Shown here: piece by piece, positions 1 to 9,316 of the stretch | Layout of the letters: every line of letters starts with the position of its first letter | Position numbering within the stretch: the stretch's first letter is position 1 | Virus record (IMG/VR): IMGVR_UViG_3300020185_004844 | From: an uncultured virus (IMG/VR IMGVR_UViG_3300020185_004844) | Taxonomy: Duplodnaviria > Heunggongvirae > Uroviricota > Caudoviricetes | Direction: 5' to 3' (one strand) | Length of the DNA: 64,000 bases | Notes under the pieces: model-generated | The model's database searches: none | Told to the model about the DNA's origin: nothing | What the model saw: the letters and a program-made list of their open reading frames with translations, nothing else | Program-made: the position numbers and the translations under genes

Positions 1-148
1 ACGAGTTCGATACCGACAACACAGATGGACCGCTTGCAGACAGTGATGGTGATGGAGTGATCAATCAGAACGACAACTTTCCAGACAATGAAAACCGTGC
101 AAGTGGAACCGATACAGATGGTGATGGTATAGACGACGAGTTCGATAC
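1..148 (+). repeat. End of an intragenic 135-nt (45-aa) repeat of thrombospondin type-3-like DxDGDG units
   Basis: ACGAGTTCGATAC occurs at 1-13 and 136-148; encoded DSDGDGV and DTDGDGIDDEFD motifs. Confidence 0.55.
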
Positions 149-2189
149 AAGCTACGCTGTTTCTATCACAAGTTCAAATGGTTCTGTTACTGGGAGTGGG
201 CAGAAAGAAGTTGGATCTACAGTAACTCTTTCCTCTGTTCCGGATGCTGGATATGAATTTATGGGTTGGACGGTAAATAGCGGAGGGGTTACGATAACTA
301 ACGATTCATTCACGATGCCCGCGAATAATGTATCGGTCATCGCGAACTATGCAGAAGTTATCACTCCACTTACTGATAACCTAGGCTCAAATTACGGGGG
401 GAATAAAAACCTAGAAATGATCAATGTGCAACCAGGAACCTTTACTATGGGTATTGAAAAAGCGAATGGAATATTTCAGAATGACAATTCACGACCCCTG
501 CACGAAGTCACCATAACTAAAGGTTTTCAGTTAAGCAAATATGAAATCACACAAGCGCAATACCAGGAGGTGATGACAGGGAATACTGATGGTTTAAGTG
601 CTACTCCGAGTCAATATGGCGGTAACCCGGATCGCCCGGTGGAAAGTGTGTCATGGGATGCGGTCCAGGTGTTTTTACAACGCTTAAATGCACAGCTAGC
701 AAGCAGTATTCCTTCGGGTTGGGAATTTGCCTTGCCAACAGAAGCAGAGTGGGAGTATGCCTGTCGAGCTGGCACAACAAGTGTATATTCCTGGGGGAAT
801 AACATAGACTCCACCCTAGCTAATTACGATGACAATATTGGAAGCACAACAGATGTGGGAAGCTACGCCGCTAACCCCTGGGGCTTTTTTGATATGCATG
901 GCAATGTGTATGAATGGGTGGCGGATTCACAAAACAGTTATAATTCGAGCCCACAGGTCGATCCTTTTTATGACGGAGGGCCGACATCAAGAAGGGTGTG
1001 TCGAGGCGGGTCCTATACCCATGAATCCAGTGGATATGCTCACTACCTAGCTTCAGCAGCTCGTGACGATTCCACTCACAGCTACGGGCAGCTTTGGCAC
1101 GGCTTCCGTGTAGCTTTAAGGCGTACCGGATACTTTACTGGTGTAGAGGATATTCAATATACGCAAGCAGAATTAGACAATTTCCCTGACACCACAAATA
1201 GGGACTACTCATTAGCGGGCGCAATTGTTCAGTTTACTGGAGCTACAGGGTCTACGGTGAGTTACATACAAAATGATTATTACAAAATAACAAAAAAGAG
1301 ATGGAACTATGTGACTAATAACTACGAGTATACGGTAGTTGATAAATGGGGTGCTACTATATCACCTCTATTACTTGGAAATTCTAGTGGACCTACTAAT
1401 ACTTCGGACCCACTCACTCAATGGCAATTAAAAGAAATACCTTTTGATACAGATCAAGATAATACTAGAGATGATATGGATTATTTTTGGGGAGGAAGCT
1501 CCAGTTATCCTGATGGCGGAGATAGTGTAAACAACGATTGGGAATATACGGGTCTGTACACACAAACCAAAGCAGAGTTGGATAGTTGGTGGATTGATTC
1601 ATCAAGCGCTATTCAAGTAAATGACGTGATTAAACTTAATACAAATGGCGAGTACTACATTGTAACCCATACTAATAGGACAGGAGCAAATAATGCTCAA
1701 TTAATAGATTTTGCTGGCCCAGTTGATGTAGGATACAATCATGTTTATGCAAATGCTAGAGGAAGCTCATTTGATAAAGTTGACCCTAATGCACAAAAGC
1801 CCCCGGTAGACAATGTAGATGGAAGTGTAATATATGTTTCGGGAGGAAGTGCTACTGATCCTTATTTTCAATTTACTGATGCAAGTGGGCAAAATATTAA
1901 TAATTCTTTAGTATTAATTCCGGGAGATACTTATGTGTTCGTGGCTAATGGTATTACTGATGCCATGCCTTTCACAATGGGTTCGGATTATGCCGATAGA
2001 ACTTCACCTTATATAACAGGAGGCTTTCATGCAGGGTTTAGCTCTAGTGGTACCAATAAAGGAGATCATGCAATAAAAGGATCAACAGGCCAACTCACGC
2101 TTACTTTGCCAATTAATTATAGTGGGGGATGGGTGTACATGAGTACATATCACTATTTGACCAAGGCATTCACAATAGATGCAAGTTAA
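3..2189 (+). CDS. Multidomain adhesin/tail-fibre-like protein, 5'-truncated: Ca-binding DxDxDG repeats, InlB B-repeat-like domain, FGE-sulfatase (C-type lectin fold) domain, C-terminal beta-rich region
   Basis: Frame is open from base 3 (EFDTDNTDGPLADSDGDGVINQND...), so the start lies upstream of the window. FGE-family motifs: PGTFTMG, YEITQAQY, PVESVSW, LPTEAEWEYACRAG, NPWGFFDMHGNVYEW, RGGSY, GFRV. Confidence 0.8.
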   Translation, partial: EFDTDNTDGPLADSDGDGVINQNDNFPDNENRASGTDTDGDGIDDEFDTSYAVSITSSNGSVTGSGQKEVGSTVTLSSVPDAGYEFMGWTVNSGGVTITNDSFTMPANNVSVIANYAEVITPLTDNLGSNYGGNKNLEMINVQPGTFTMGIEKANGIFQNDNSRPLHEVTITKGFQLSKYEITQAQYQEVMTGNTDGLSATPSQYGGNPDRPVESVSWDAVQVFLQRLNAQLASSIPSGWEFALPTEAEWEYACRAGTTSVYSWGNNIDSTLANYDDNIGSTTDVGSYAANPWGFFDMHGNVYEWVADSQNSYNSSPQVDPFYDGGPTSRRVCRGGSYTHESSGYAHYLASAARDDSTHSYGQLWHGFRVALRRTGYFTGVEDIQYTQAELDNFPDTTNRDYSLAGAIVQFTGATGSTVSYIQNDYYKITKKRWNYVTNNYEYTVVDKWGATISPLLLGNSSGPTNTSDPLTQWQLKEIPFDTDQDNTRDDMDYFWGGSSSYPDGGDSVNNDWEYTGLYTQTKAELDSWWIDSSSAIQVNDVIKLNTNGEYYIVTHTNRTGANNAQLIDFAGPVDVGYNHVYANARGSSFDKVDPNAQKPPVDNVDGSVIYVSGGSATDPYFQFTDASGQNINNSLVLIPGDTYVFVANGITDAMPFTMGSDYADRTSPYITGGFHAGFSSSGTNKGDHAIKGSTGQLTLTLPINYSGGWVYMSTYHYLTKAFTIDAS

Positions 2190-2246
2190 AAACTATATTT
2201 AAAAACTAATCAATATTCTTTATTATAATATGTATATTGTATTATT

Positions 2247-3281
2247 GTGAAGAATACCTCTAAAGCTAATGCATCTTTGTTTGACCTTGATCCGTCAACA
2301 ATGATATGCTTATATAGAATAGACTTAAAGGATAAGGGTAATTATTTATTTCATGCTGGGGAAAATGGATATCAAAACAAATTAGTATTTAATAGTCAGG
2401 ATTATGATTACTTCCCTATAAAGGTTGAGGGATTTGAAATGCACGGGGACGGCAGATTACCCAGACCAAAGATGACATTCTCAAACCATAAGGGTAGTGT
2501 GTCAATGAAGTTAGCTTATTTTAATGACTTTACTAATTACAAAGTAACAAGAATAAAAACTTTTGTTAAATATTTAGACTCAATTAATTTTCCTGATGAT
2601 GTAAACCCGCATGCCGATCCAGATCCTGATGCTTCTTTTGCTGAAGATGTCTTTTATATTAATCAAAAAGTAAAAGAGGATGATAATATTGTAGAGTTTG
2701 AATTAGTATCTTTATTGGAATTACAGAATGCAAACGTTCCAGCTCGAACAATGTATTCAAATAATTGCCCGTGGGCATACAGAAGCACTATTGGTTGCGG
2801 CTACAAGGGAAAGCCGGTGTCAGACGATAAGAATAAAAGATTTGTAGCTAGTGGATACAATGGACAGATGGTTGGATCTGAGGTGTATTTTTCAGGGGAA
2901 GATATTATGGGCGAGTTTGGTGCATACGATGAGAACGGATTATACCAAGATTGGACAAATACTGGGATATACAATCAGGGCGATGTCGTTAAGCTTATAC
3001 CGTTCTCTTCTGATCCGGAATTAACACCTGTCGGTATATACGTTTGCTTGAACGACGATGTGCGATCTAACCCTGTATTGGATAGGCAGAATTGGGTTAA
3101 AGACGATTGCGATAAAACATTATGTGGTTGCAGGATAAGATTTTCTGACGATGCTACCGGGGCAGGTGGCGGAGTCAGGCTTCACGAAAATAAAGAAGGA
3201 AGCGATAATTTTTGGGCAGAAAGTGAAGAAGGGTTGCCTTTTGGGGGATTCCCAGGAATAGATCCTTATGACTTCAAATAA
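2247..3281 (+). CDS. Minor tail protein, lambda gpL-like
   Basis: PIKVEGFE..GRLPRPKMTFSN, CPWAYR..CGY, CDKTLCGCRIRF and C-terminal LPFGGFPG are gpL hallmarks; followed by gpK- and gpI/J-like genes. Confidence 0.9.
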   Translation: MKNTSKANASLFDLDPSTMICLYRIDLKDKGNYLFHAGENGYQNKLVFNSQDYDYFPIKVEGFEMHGDGRLPRPKMTFSNHKGSVSMKLAYFNDFTNYKVTRIKTFVKYLDSINFPDDVNPHADPDPDASFAEDVFYINQKVKEDDNIVEFELVSLLELQNANVPARTMYSNNCPWAYRSTIGCGYKGKPVSDDKNKRFVASGYNGQMVGSEVYFSGEDIMGEFGAYDENGLYQDWTNTGIYNQGDVVKLIPFSSDPELTPVGIYVCLNDDVRSNPVLDRQNWVKDDCDKTLCGCRIRFSDDATGAGGGVRLHENKEGSDNFWAESEEGLPFGGFPGIDPYDFK

Positions 3282-3996
3282 ATTTTGCGACAGTATAATA
3301 GAACATGCCAATAGTAGCCCCGAGAAAGAGGTCTGCGGTTTTGTTATTTTATCTGATGATTTGATTGCATATTCCGAAAAAGCAATAAACGAAAACCCAA
3401 AGCCAGAAGATTCATTCTCTATATCGCCAGCTAAATTTTTAAGCTACAAGCTTAATAAAAATATATTAGGTATATATCACTCTCACACCCGAGAAGACGA
3501 GTTTCCATCTGAGCACGACAAGGCGAGTGCAAAAGCAACTGGGCTTCCTTATTTGATTTACAGCCTCAAGACCAAGAGGTTCTTTCTGTACTACCCAGAG
3601 TCTTACGATCCGGATAATCTTTTGGGGCGGCCATATATAAAAGGATTCTACGAATGCACCTGCATATTAAAAGACTACTTTATATCCAACCTAGATAATA
3701 ACATAACAACATGGAATGAAAACTATTGGTTACCAGAATCAGATGAAACAGCAAATAAATTATTAACTAATATTTTAAATAAAAATTTAATACAATTAAA
3801 AAAGCAAGATAATATACAAAAGCATGACGTTATAGTATTTGAATTAAAGCAGAATAAAAGATTTCATGTTGGTATATATTTAGGTAATGATTATTTTGTG
3901 CATCAACCAATGCATGGATTGTCTTGTAATCAATTATTTGATGAAAGGTGGCAATCTAAGGTTAAACGTGTGTACAGGCACCATTCTTTAGTGTAA
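3268..3996 (+). CDS. Tail assembly protein, lambda gpK-like (JAB/MPN + NlpC/P60)
   Basis: JAMM motif EVCG...YHSH...PSEHD; NlpC/P60 part GRPY..G.YEC...HVGIYLG...VH. Confidence 0.88.
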   Translation: MTSNKFCDSIIEHANSSPEKEVCGFVILSDDLIAYSEKAINENPKPEDSFSISPAKFLSYKLNKNILGIYHSHTREDEFPSEHDKASAKATGLPYLIYSLKTKRFFLYYPESYDPDNLLGRPYIKGFYECTCILKDYFISNLDNNITTWNENYWLPESDETANKLLTNILNKNLIQLKKQDNIQKHDVIVFELKQNKRFHVGIYLGNDYFVHQPMHGLSCNQLFDERWQSKVKRVYRHHSLV

Positions 3997-4014
3997 GTAA
4001 AATAAGGCAAAAGG

Positions 4015-7000
4015 ATGAAAAAGATACATTTACATGGTGATCTTGGTAAAAGGTTTGGTGAAACCTGGGATCTTGATGTGTCTTCTGCCGCCGAAGCTAT
4101 GGCCGCATTATGCGCCAACAATTTTGGTATACAAAAATACCTACAAGAAGCATACAGTTCTGGAATAAGTTATGGCATCAAAAAAGATTCAGGAGAAATA
4201 CTACAAAATAAAGAAGAATTTGAATTAATTAGTGATAAAGATTTTCATATTTTCCCTATACCCGAAGGGTCTCAGACCTTTGCTTTAAATTTAATAATCA
4301 TGGCTGCCACAACTGCAGCCAGCATGTATATACAAAAGAAAATGGCTGAAGCTATGGAGAGAGACGACTCTGTACTTCAGGCTCAAACCCAGTCTTTTAT
4401 ATATAGCGGAAAACAAAATAGATTCGAGCAGGGGTCTACCGTACCATTGGGATATGGTAGAATGAATGTAGGGACAAATGTTGTATCTGCTTGCTCGATA
4501 AATTATGATTTTAGTGCCGAAAAGGTCAAGCTTTTTAATTTCGAGGAGGGCTTGTATAGCTTGGTTCCGTTTTATCACAATCCGGAATTGTATAACGAGA
4601 GCGGACCATTAGGAGCATCATTCGGTAAAAAAACATTCGATGGAACTAGTGAGTATAGGGTAATAGATCCATCATATCAAAAAATGAAACTCGGTTTAAT
4701 AGGTAATGCTTTTGGGGTGGTTGATGGAATGTATGGTTCGGCTAGATCTAGTGAAGATTTTAAAAATAAAATGACCAATATCAAAGAATGCAAGGGTGGC
4801 GCTATATTGGGTTATTATTGTTACACTTGGGATTGGGCGAAAGGGGTAAACAAAGCATTACTACCAAACTTTGATGAAAACACGGGAAACTGGTATGCAG
4901 ATTCGTCAAAAATAGATAATAAAATGTTTTCCATACCGGCCTCAGAAGCGGCAAAAAGCGGTTTTGTTTGCATACAGAGTGATCCGAAATTAGAAACAGA
5001 ACAGCTTGGAGATTTTTATCCAATATTCTGGAGTGAGGAAAGCTTAAATGAATTAAAAAGAAATTTGAATTTAAAAAACTATCTTGAGGCATTTCCTGTT
5101 CCGGTTGGGGAAAGGTGGATTAACGGAAAAAAAGAAAATGGATTAGGGTGGTTTAAGTTGGAGTCAACTACTGTACATAAAGCAATAGATTTAATTTGCG
5201 AAGGATCGATAGATGGATTTGCTAGTAAAAATGGAGAGCTTTTAGATTTTAGTAAAGATTTTAAAACGAACGATGCAAATTTAAACAAAACAAGAAACGA
5301 AGATGATGATTACCTTCAGGCAGTATATTTAGACTCAACCCCAGTAAAAGAAGTAAATTATACTGCGGGGCTGGATAGCTACAATATAAATGAGTTTGAT
5401 ATTGATGTTGGTATGAATTCTAAAGGCACAATAGGGGCCGACGACCAACTTCCTCTAAAAGAGCAATATAGATTTACTGCAGACACAAAAGAAATTAATG
5501 CTCCTCTTTATGGGCCTAGGGCAGTTGGGGAAACTTTTTTAGCAGAAGGAGAGCTAGAGGCATTTCAACCTAAGAAAATATATGAGCAAGGCAGCGTTGT
5601 GCTTTACGAGCAAAATGGTGGGTTTGTGAAATACAAAATAAATAAAAACTTGTCAGCCCAGTTTTCGGATAAAGAAAATTATTCGTATGAGGGTGATATT
5701 TCAAAAGCGGATATAGTATATACTGGAGAAGATGGAAGTGTGCAGTTTTTAGTTACGGGGCCAGGGCTTGGTGAATATAAAGTATTTGGAGAACAGCAGT
5801 CTTATACAGAAGGAGATAAGATAAAAACAGAAACATACGACGGGCATTGGGAATATTACGAGCTTGGATCTGGAGCGGAGAACTACCTAGGTGATTACAA
5901 TAAAGATACTGATTATAGTGGGGAAGTCGGTAAGGTAATTAAAAAGAAAGATTTTTTATACAAGATAAAACCAGGAGAAGTTACAGATGAACAAACGGGC
6001 GAGATTAATATAGATCCAAATTTCAACGAGGATGCTCTTCCTGGTGGTGATGTAAGTACATTTGCGGATGCATTATCGGTAACCATAAAAGAAGAGGGGC
6101 AAGATGAAGAGAGGGTTATTTACAACGATCACGGTAAAATATTGTCTGAGCAGCAAGGTTTTATAAATAAACAAATAAACATTACTCCAGAATCCGAAGA
6201 TGATAAAGCCGAATCTTTTTGGCAAAAAATATATATAAATTCACCAGTAGAGGTAAAAAATAATAGTGATGAAGATATAACCAATGAAATATCTATTTTT
6301 GGGCCTGGGGGCAGTTATGTTACGAACATTGAGAAAAGTATAGAGGAGGAAAACTATGCTAGTCATACCATTATTAATCCGCTTGTAGAACAAGCATATG
6401 TAAGTTTACAAATAGATGAATTGATGTATGTTTATGAAGGTGATAATGTTGAAGTTACATACCGTATTGGAGAGTTGTGGACTGCTTTATTGGATGCTGC
6501 ATCAATATATTATGGCGGATTGGCTTTGTTTCACGGGGTAAAGAGCGCGGTTGAGTATAAAAAGGCTGCATCTTTTGCTAAAGCGGCCGCGAAAGATCCA
6601 ATGCTTTCGGACTTAGTTGGAGCTCAGGGAGCGCTAGGCAAAGAGGAGCTTGCGGCAGCAGGCTTAAATACTGCAATTTTAACAGCACTTAGGATTATTG
6701 AGAACCTTATAGATAAAAACGATGAATTTAAAGTTGGATCAAAGGTAGAGAACTCAGGAGAGAGTTGGCCGAATAGAGCAAAATTTAGAATAAAGTATGG
6801 AAACGAGGGAGAAATCATGTACTCAACCGATGTCTATATGTATGGCATAGCTACATCGGCATACAGGAAAGATGTAAAACTGTACATGCCACCAAACCCT
6901 GGTCAGAAAAATAGAATTATTAAAGTATATAAACTTAATCGAGAAAAAAACCTAGTAAAAGAAGGCGAGCAGGCAGCGAGATATAAAGAGAAAATGTCAC

Positions 7001-9315
7001 TGGCAGCAATCACAGAAATAACCCCAGTAAATTTAAGTTATCCAAATTCTGTTGTTATTGGAACACGGGTAAATGCGAGAGATTATGCGAATATACCAGA
7101 AAGAAATTACCATCTAAGATTGAAGAAGGTAGCACTACCAGATGAGGCAACATACGACCCGGAGACAAGAAGGTATTTACAAAACTGGAACGGGCTATTC
7201 TCTGGGCAAGAATATAAAAATGACCCAATACCAGAAAACGCTAAAAGGTGGACAGATAATCCCGCATGGTGCCTTTACGATTTAATAGCTGATAAGCGAT
7301 ATGGGGTTGGTAAATTCGGAATCAAGCCGGAGCATATAGATAGGTGGACACTTTATAAAATGTCTAAATATTGTGATGAATTTATTCCAACCGGATATAG
7401 CCCTAAATTTCCAAAGAGAAAATTCTCTTATAATGGCAATGAGTCCGGTGGTCATTCAATTATTATCGAGGGTGCCGATAATTTTGCGGCGGAATTTAAT
7501 CATCCTAATAAAAAACTTGCATTATTTTATGAAGATGGAACCTATGATAGCCTTGTAATTTTAAGTGCAGCTATAGAAGAAAATAAAGTAATATTAAAAC
7601 ATAAACCTTTATTTGATATTGGTGAATGTGCAGTAGAGATTGATTATCCATTAGTTGAGCCTAGGTATACCTTGAATGCTTTTATAATGAATCAGTCTAA
7701 TGCATTTAAATTAATAAATGAATTTGCATCTATATTTAGAGCATTTAGTTATTGGTCTGGTGGGGCTATAAATTTCTTTCAGGATGAGAAAAGAGAATCT
7801 GTTATGTTATTCTCTAATAATAATATAGCAAAAGAAGGATTCGCATACTCTAATACCCCAAGAACAAGCAGAACGAATGTTTGTAAAATAAAATATTTAG
7901 ACAGATATAATCACTTTAGGCCGAAGATGGAGCACCATGAAGATAGGGATTCTGTTATTGAAAATAATATAATCGAGCAAACTATAGATGGGTTTGGGAT
8001 TACATCTCAAGCCCAAGCAAAAAGAGCCGCAGAGTTTTTAGTAAAATCAGCGAACTTAGAAACAGAAATAGTAGCATTTAAAACGAATCTGCTTGGGTCT
8101 TACTTGAGGCCGGGAGATATCGTCGATATATTAGACAGTAAAAGAAATGTAGGTAAATTCTCTGGTAAAGTAATTGATATAGAAGTAGCTGACGATGGAA
8201 GAACTGGGTCTATAAAAGTAGACTATCCGATATCTTGCATAATAGATCCAACAGACATGAATACATGGAAAAGGGTTACTTTGTATAGCCCATCTCAGAA
8301 CCAAACTAGCGAGTCTCTGGATGCGATGGGGTCACCAGAAAATCAGGATATAGACGACATAAGGAAGCCGCAAATAATTGAATACTTTGTTTCTGAAGTA
8401 TACGAAAATGATACAAGATTAAAGCTTTATAATAATCCATACGAATTTATTGAGGGTGAGTATACATGGTATCAAGCATTAGCTGATGCCGAAGAAAGGG
8501 GTGGTGTGCTTGCTAGAATATATAATGAAGACGAACTTAATCTGGTTAAAGAAGCTCTTCCAGTAGATAAATCTGCTTGGATTGGCGGTTATTATAGAAG
8601 AAAGCCGGATCCGGCAAAAGCAGTATGGCACGAACCTAAATCTTGCGAGCCTGGTGGAGAAGGCATAGAGCTTTTTGACTGGGCCGATGGGTACCCACAG
8701 TTTAATAGCCAATCAAATCCAGGAGATTATTTAAGAGTAAATGGATCCACTAATATGGATATTCATGGAGACTGGACACATGATGATGGAAAAAATAAAA
8801 TCGGATACCTGTTGGAGAAAGTTTCTGACAACGACCTTAGAGATCTGATAGGTATAGAGGGAACTACCTTCTCGCTTCAAAGCGATGTTAATCTAGCCAA
8901 CAAAAAACAATTTAAAATAATTAATATAACAGAAGAGTCTAATGGTATATTTAATATACAGGGATTAGCATATAATGCTGATAAGTTTGATAATATTGAA
9001 AAGCATGCATCTATTCAGCCGCCAACAAGACCAGTTCTGTTTACAGATAAAACTCTAGCTCCGCCCGCCGATGTTAGGGTTGAGATATTAAATGAAGACT
9101 TCAATAATAAAATACCTTATGGGCTTAAAGCTATATGGGGAACGGATCCTGCTGCAGCATCCTATAGAATTCAGTTTTTTGATCAAAACGATTTACTCTC
9201 AACCTTTGAGATAAATAATGACAAAGGTCAAGAGAAGATGTCTTATACTCATAGAAATAAAAGAATATCGGAGGATGGCACTTATTACGTAAGGATATAT
9301 TCAGTACCTTTTTAA
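4015..9315 (+). CDS. Tail tip / host-specificity protein: fused gpI-like N-terminus and gpJ-like body with lectin-like inserts
   Basis: N-terminal MKKIHLHGDLGKRFG and VPLGYGRMNVG are gpI-like. DLICEGSIDG, LSYPNS, WTDNPAWCLYDL..RYGVG, PRYTLN, GITSQAQAKRAA and LRPGDIV are gpJ-like. Confidence 0.85.
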   Translation: MKKIHLHGDLGKRFGETWDLDVSSAAEAMAALCANNFGIQKYLQEAYSSGISYGIKKDSGEILQNKEEFELISDKDFHIFPIPEGSQTFALNLIIMAATTAASMYIQKKMAEAMERDDSVLQAQTQSFIYSGKQNRFEQGSTVPLGYGRMNVGTNVVSACSINYDFSAEKVKLFNFEEGLYSLVPFYHNPELYNESGPLGASFGKKTFDGTSEYRVIDPSYQKMKLGLIGNAFGVVDGMYGSARSSEDFKNKMTNIKECKGGAILGYYCYTWDWAKGVNKALLPNFDENTGNWYADSSKIDNKMFSIPASEAAKSGFVCIQSDPKLETEQLGDFYPIFWSEESLNELKRNLNLKNYLEAFPVPVGERWINGKKENGLGWFKLESTTVHKAIDLICEGSIDGFASKNGELLDFSKDFKTNDANLNKTRNEDDDYLQAVYLDSTPVKEVNYTAGLDSYNINEFDIDVGMNSKGTIGADDQLPLKEQYRFTADTKEINAPLYGPRAVGETFLAEGELEAFQPKKIYEQGSVVLYEQNGGFVKYKINKNLSAQFSDKENYSYEGDISKADIVYTGEDGSVQFLVTGPGLGEYKVFGEQQSYTEGDKIKTETYDGHWEYYELGSGAENYLGDYNKDTDYSGEVGKVIKKKDFLYKIKPGEVTDEQTGEINIDPNFNEDALPGGDVSTFADALSVTIKEEGQDEERVIYNDHGKILSEQQGFINKQINITPESEDDKAESFWQKIYINSPVEVKNNSDEDITNEISIFGPGGSYVTNIEKSIEEENYASHTIINPLVEQAYVSLQIDELMYVYEGDNVEVTYRIGELWTALLDAASIYYGGLALFHGVKSAVEYKKAASFAKAAAKDPMLSDLVGAQGALGKEELAAAGLNTAILTALRIIENLIDKNDEFKVGSKVENSGESWPNRAKFRIKYGNEGEIMYSTDVYMYGIATSAYRKDVKLYMPPNPGQKNRIIKVYKLNREKNLVKEGEQAARYKEKMSLAAITEITPVNLSYPNSVVIGTRVNARDYANIPERNYHLRLKKVALPDEATYDPETRRYLQNWNGLFSGQEYKNDPIPENAKRWTDNPAWCLYDLIADKRYGVGKFGIKPEHIDRWTLYKMSKYCDEFIPTGYSPKFPKRKFSYNGNESGGHSIIIEGADNFAAEFNHPNKKLALFYEDGTYDSLVILSAAIEENKVILKHKPLFDIGECAVEIDYPLVEPRYTLNAFIMNQSNAFKLINEFASIFRAFSYWSGGAINFFQDEKRESVMLFSNNNIAKEGFAYSNTPRTSRTNVCKIKYLDRYNHFRPKMEHHEDRDSVIENNIIEQTIDGFGITSQAQAKRAAEFLVKSANLETEIVAFKTNLLGSYLRPGDIVDILDSKRNVGKFSGKVIDIEVADDGRTGSIKVDYPISCIIDPTDMNTWKRVTLYSPSQNQTSESLDAMGSPENQDIDDIRKPQIIEYFVSEVYENDTRLKLYNNPYEFIEGEYTWYQALADAEERGGVLARIYNEDELNLVKEALPVDKSAWIGGYYRRKPDPAKAVWHEPKSCEPGGEGIELFDWADGYPQFNSQSNPGDYLRVNGSTNMDIHGDWTHDDGKNKIGYLLEKVSDNDLRDLIGIEGTTFSLQSDVNLANKKQFKIINITEESNGIFNIQGLAYNADKFDNIEKHASIQPPTRPVLFTDKTLAPPADVRVEILNEDFNNKIPYGLKAIWGTDPAAASYRIQFFDQNDLLSTFEINNDKGQEKMSYTHRNKRISEDGTYYVRIYSVPF

Positions 9316-9316
9316 A

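Noticed and set aside
400..1125. Active formylglycine-generating enzyme linked to sulfate metabolism
   Set aside because: The catalytic Cys pair after RGGS is absent (RGGSYTHE); the domain is more likely a binding module.
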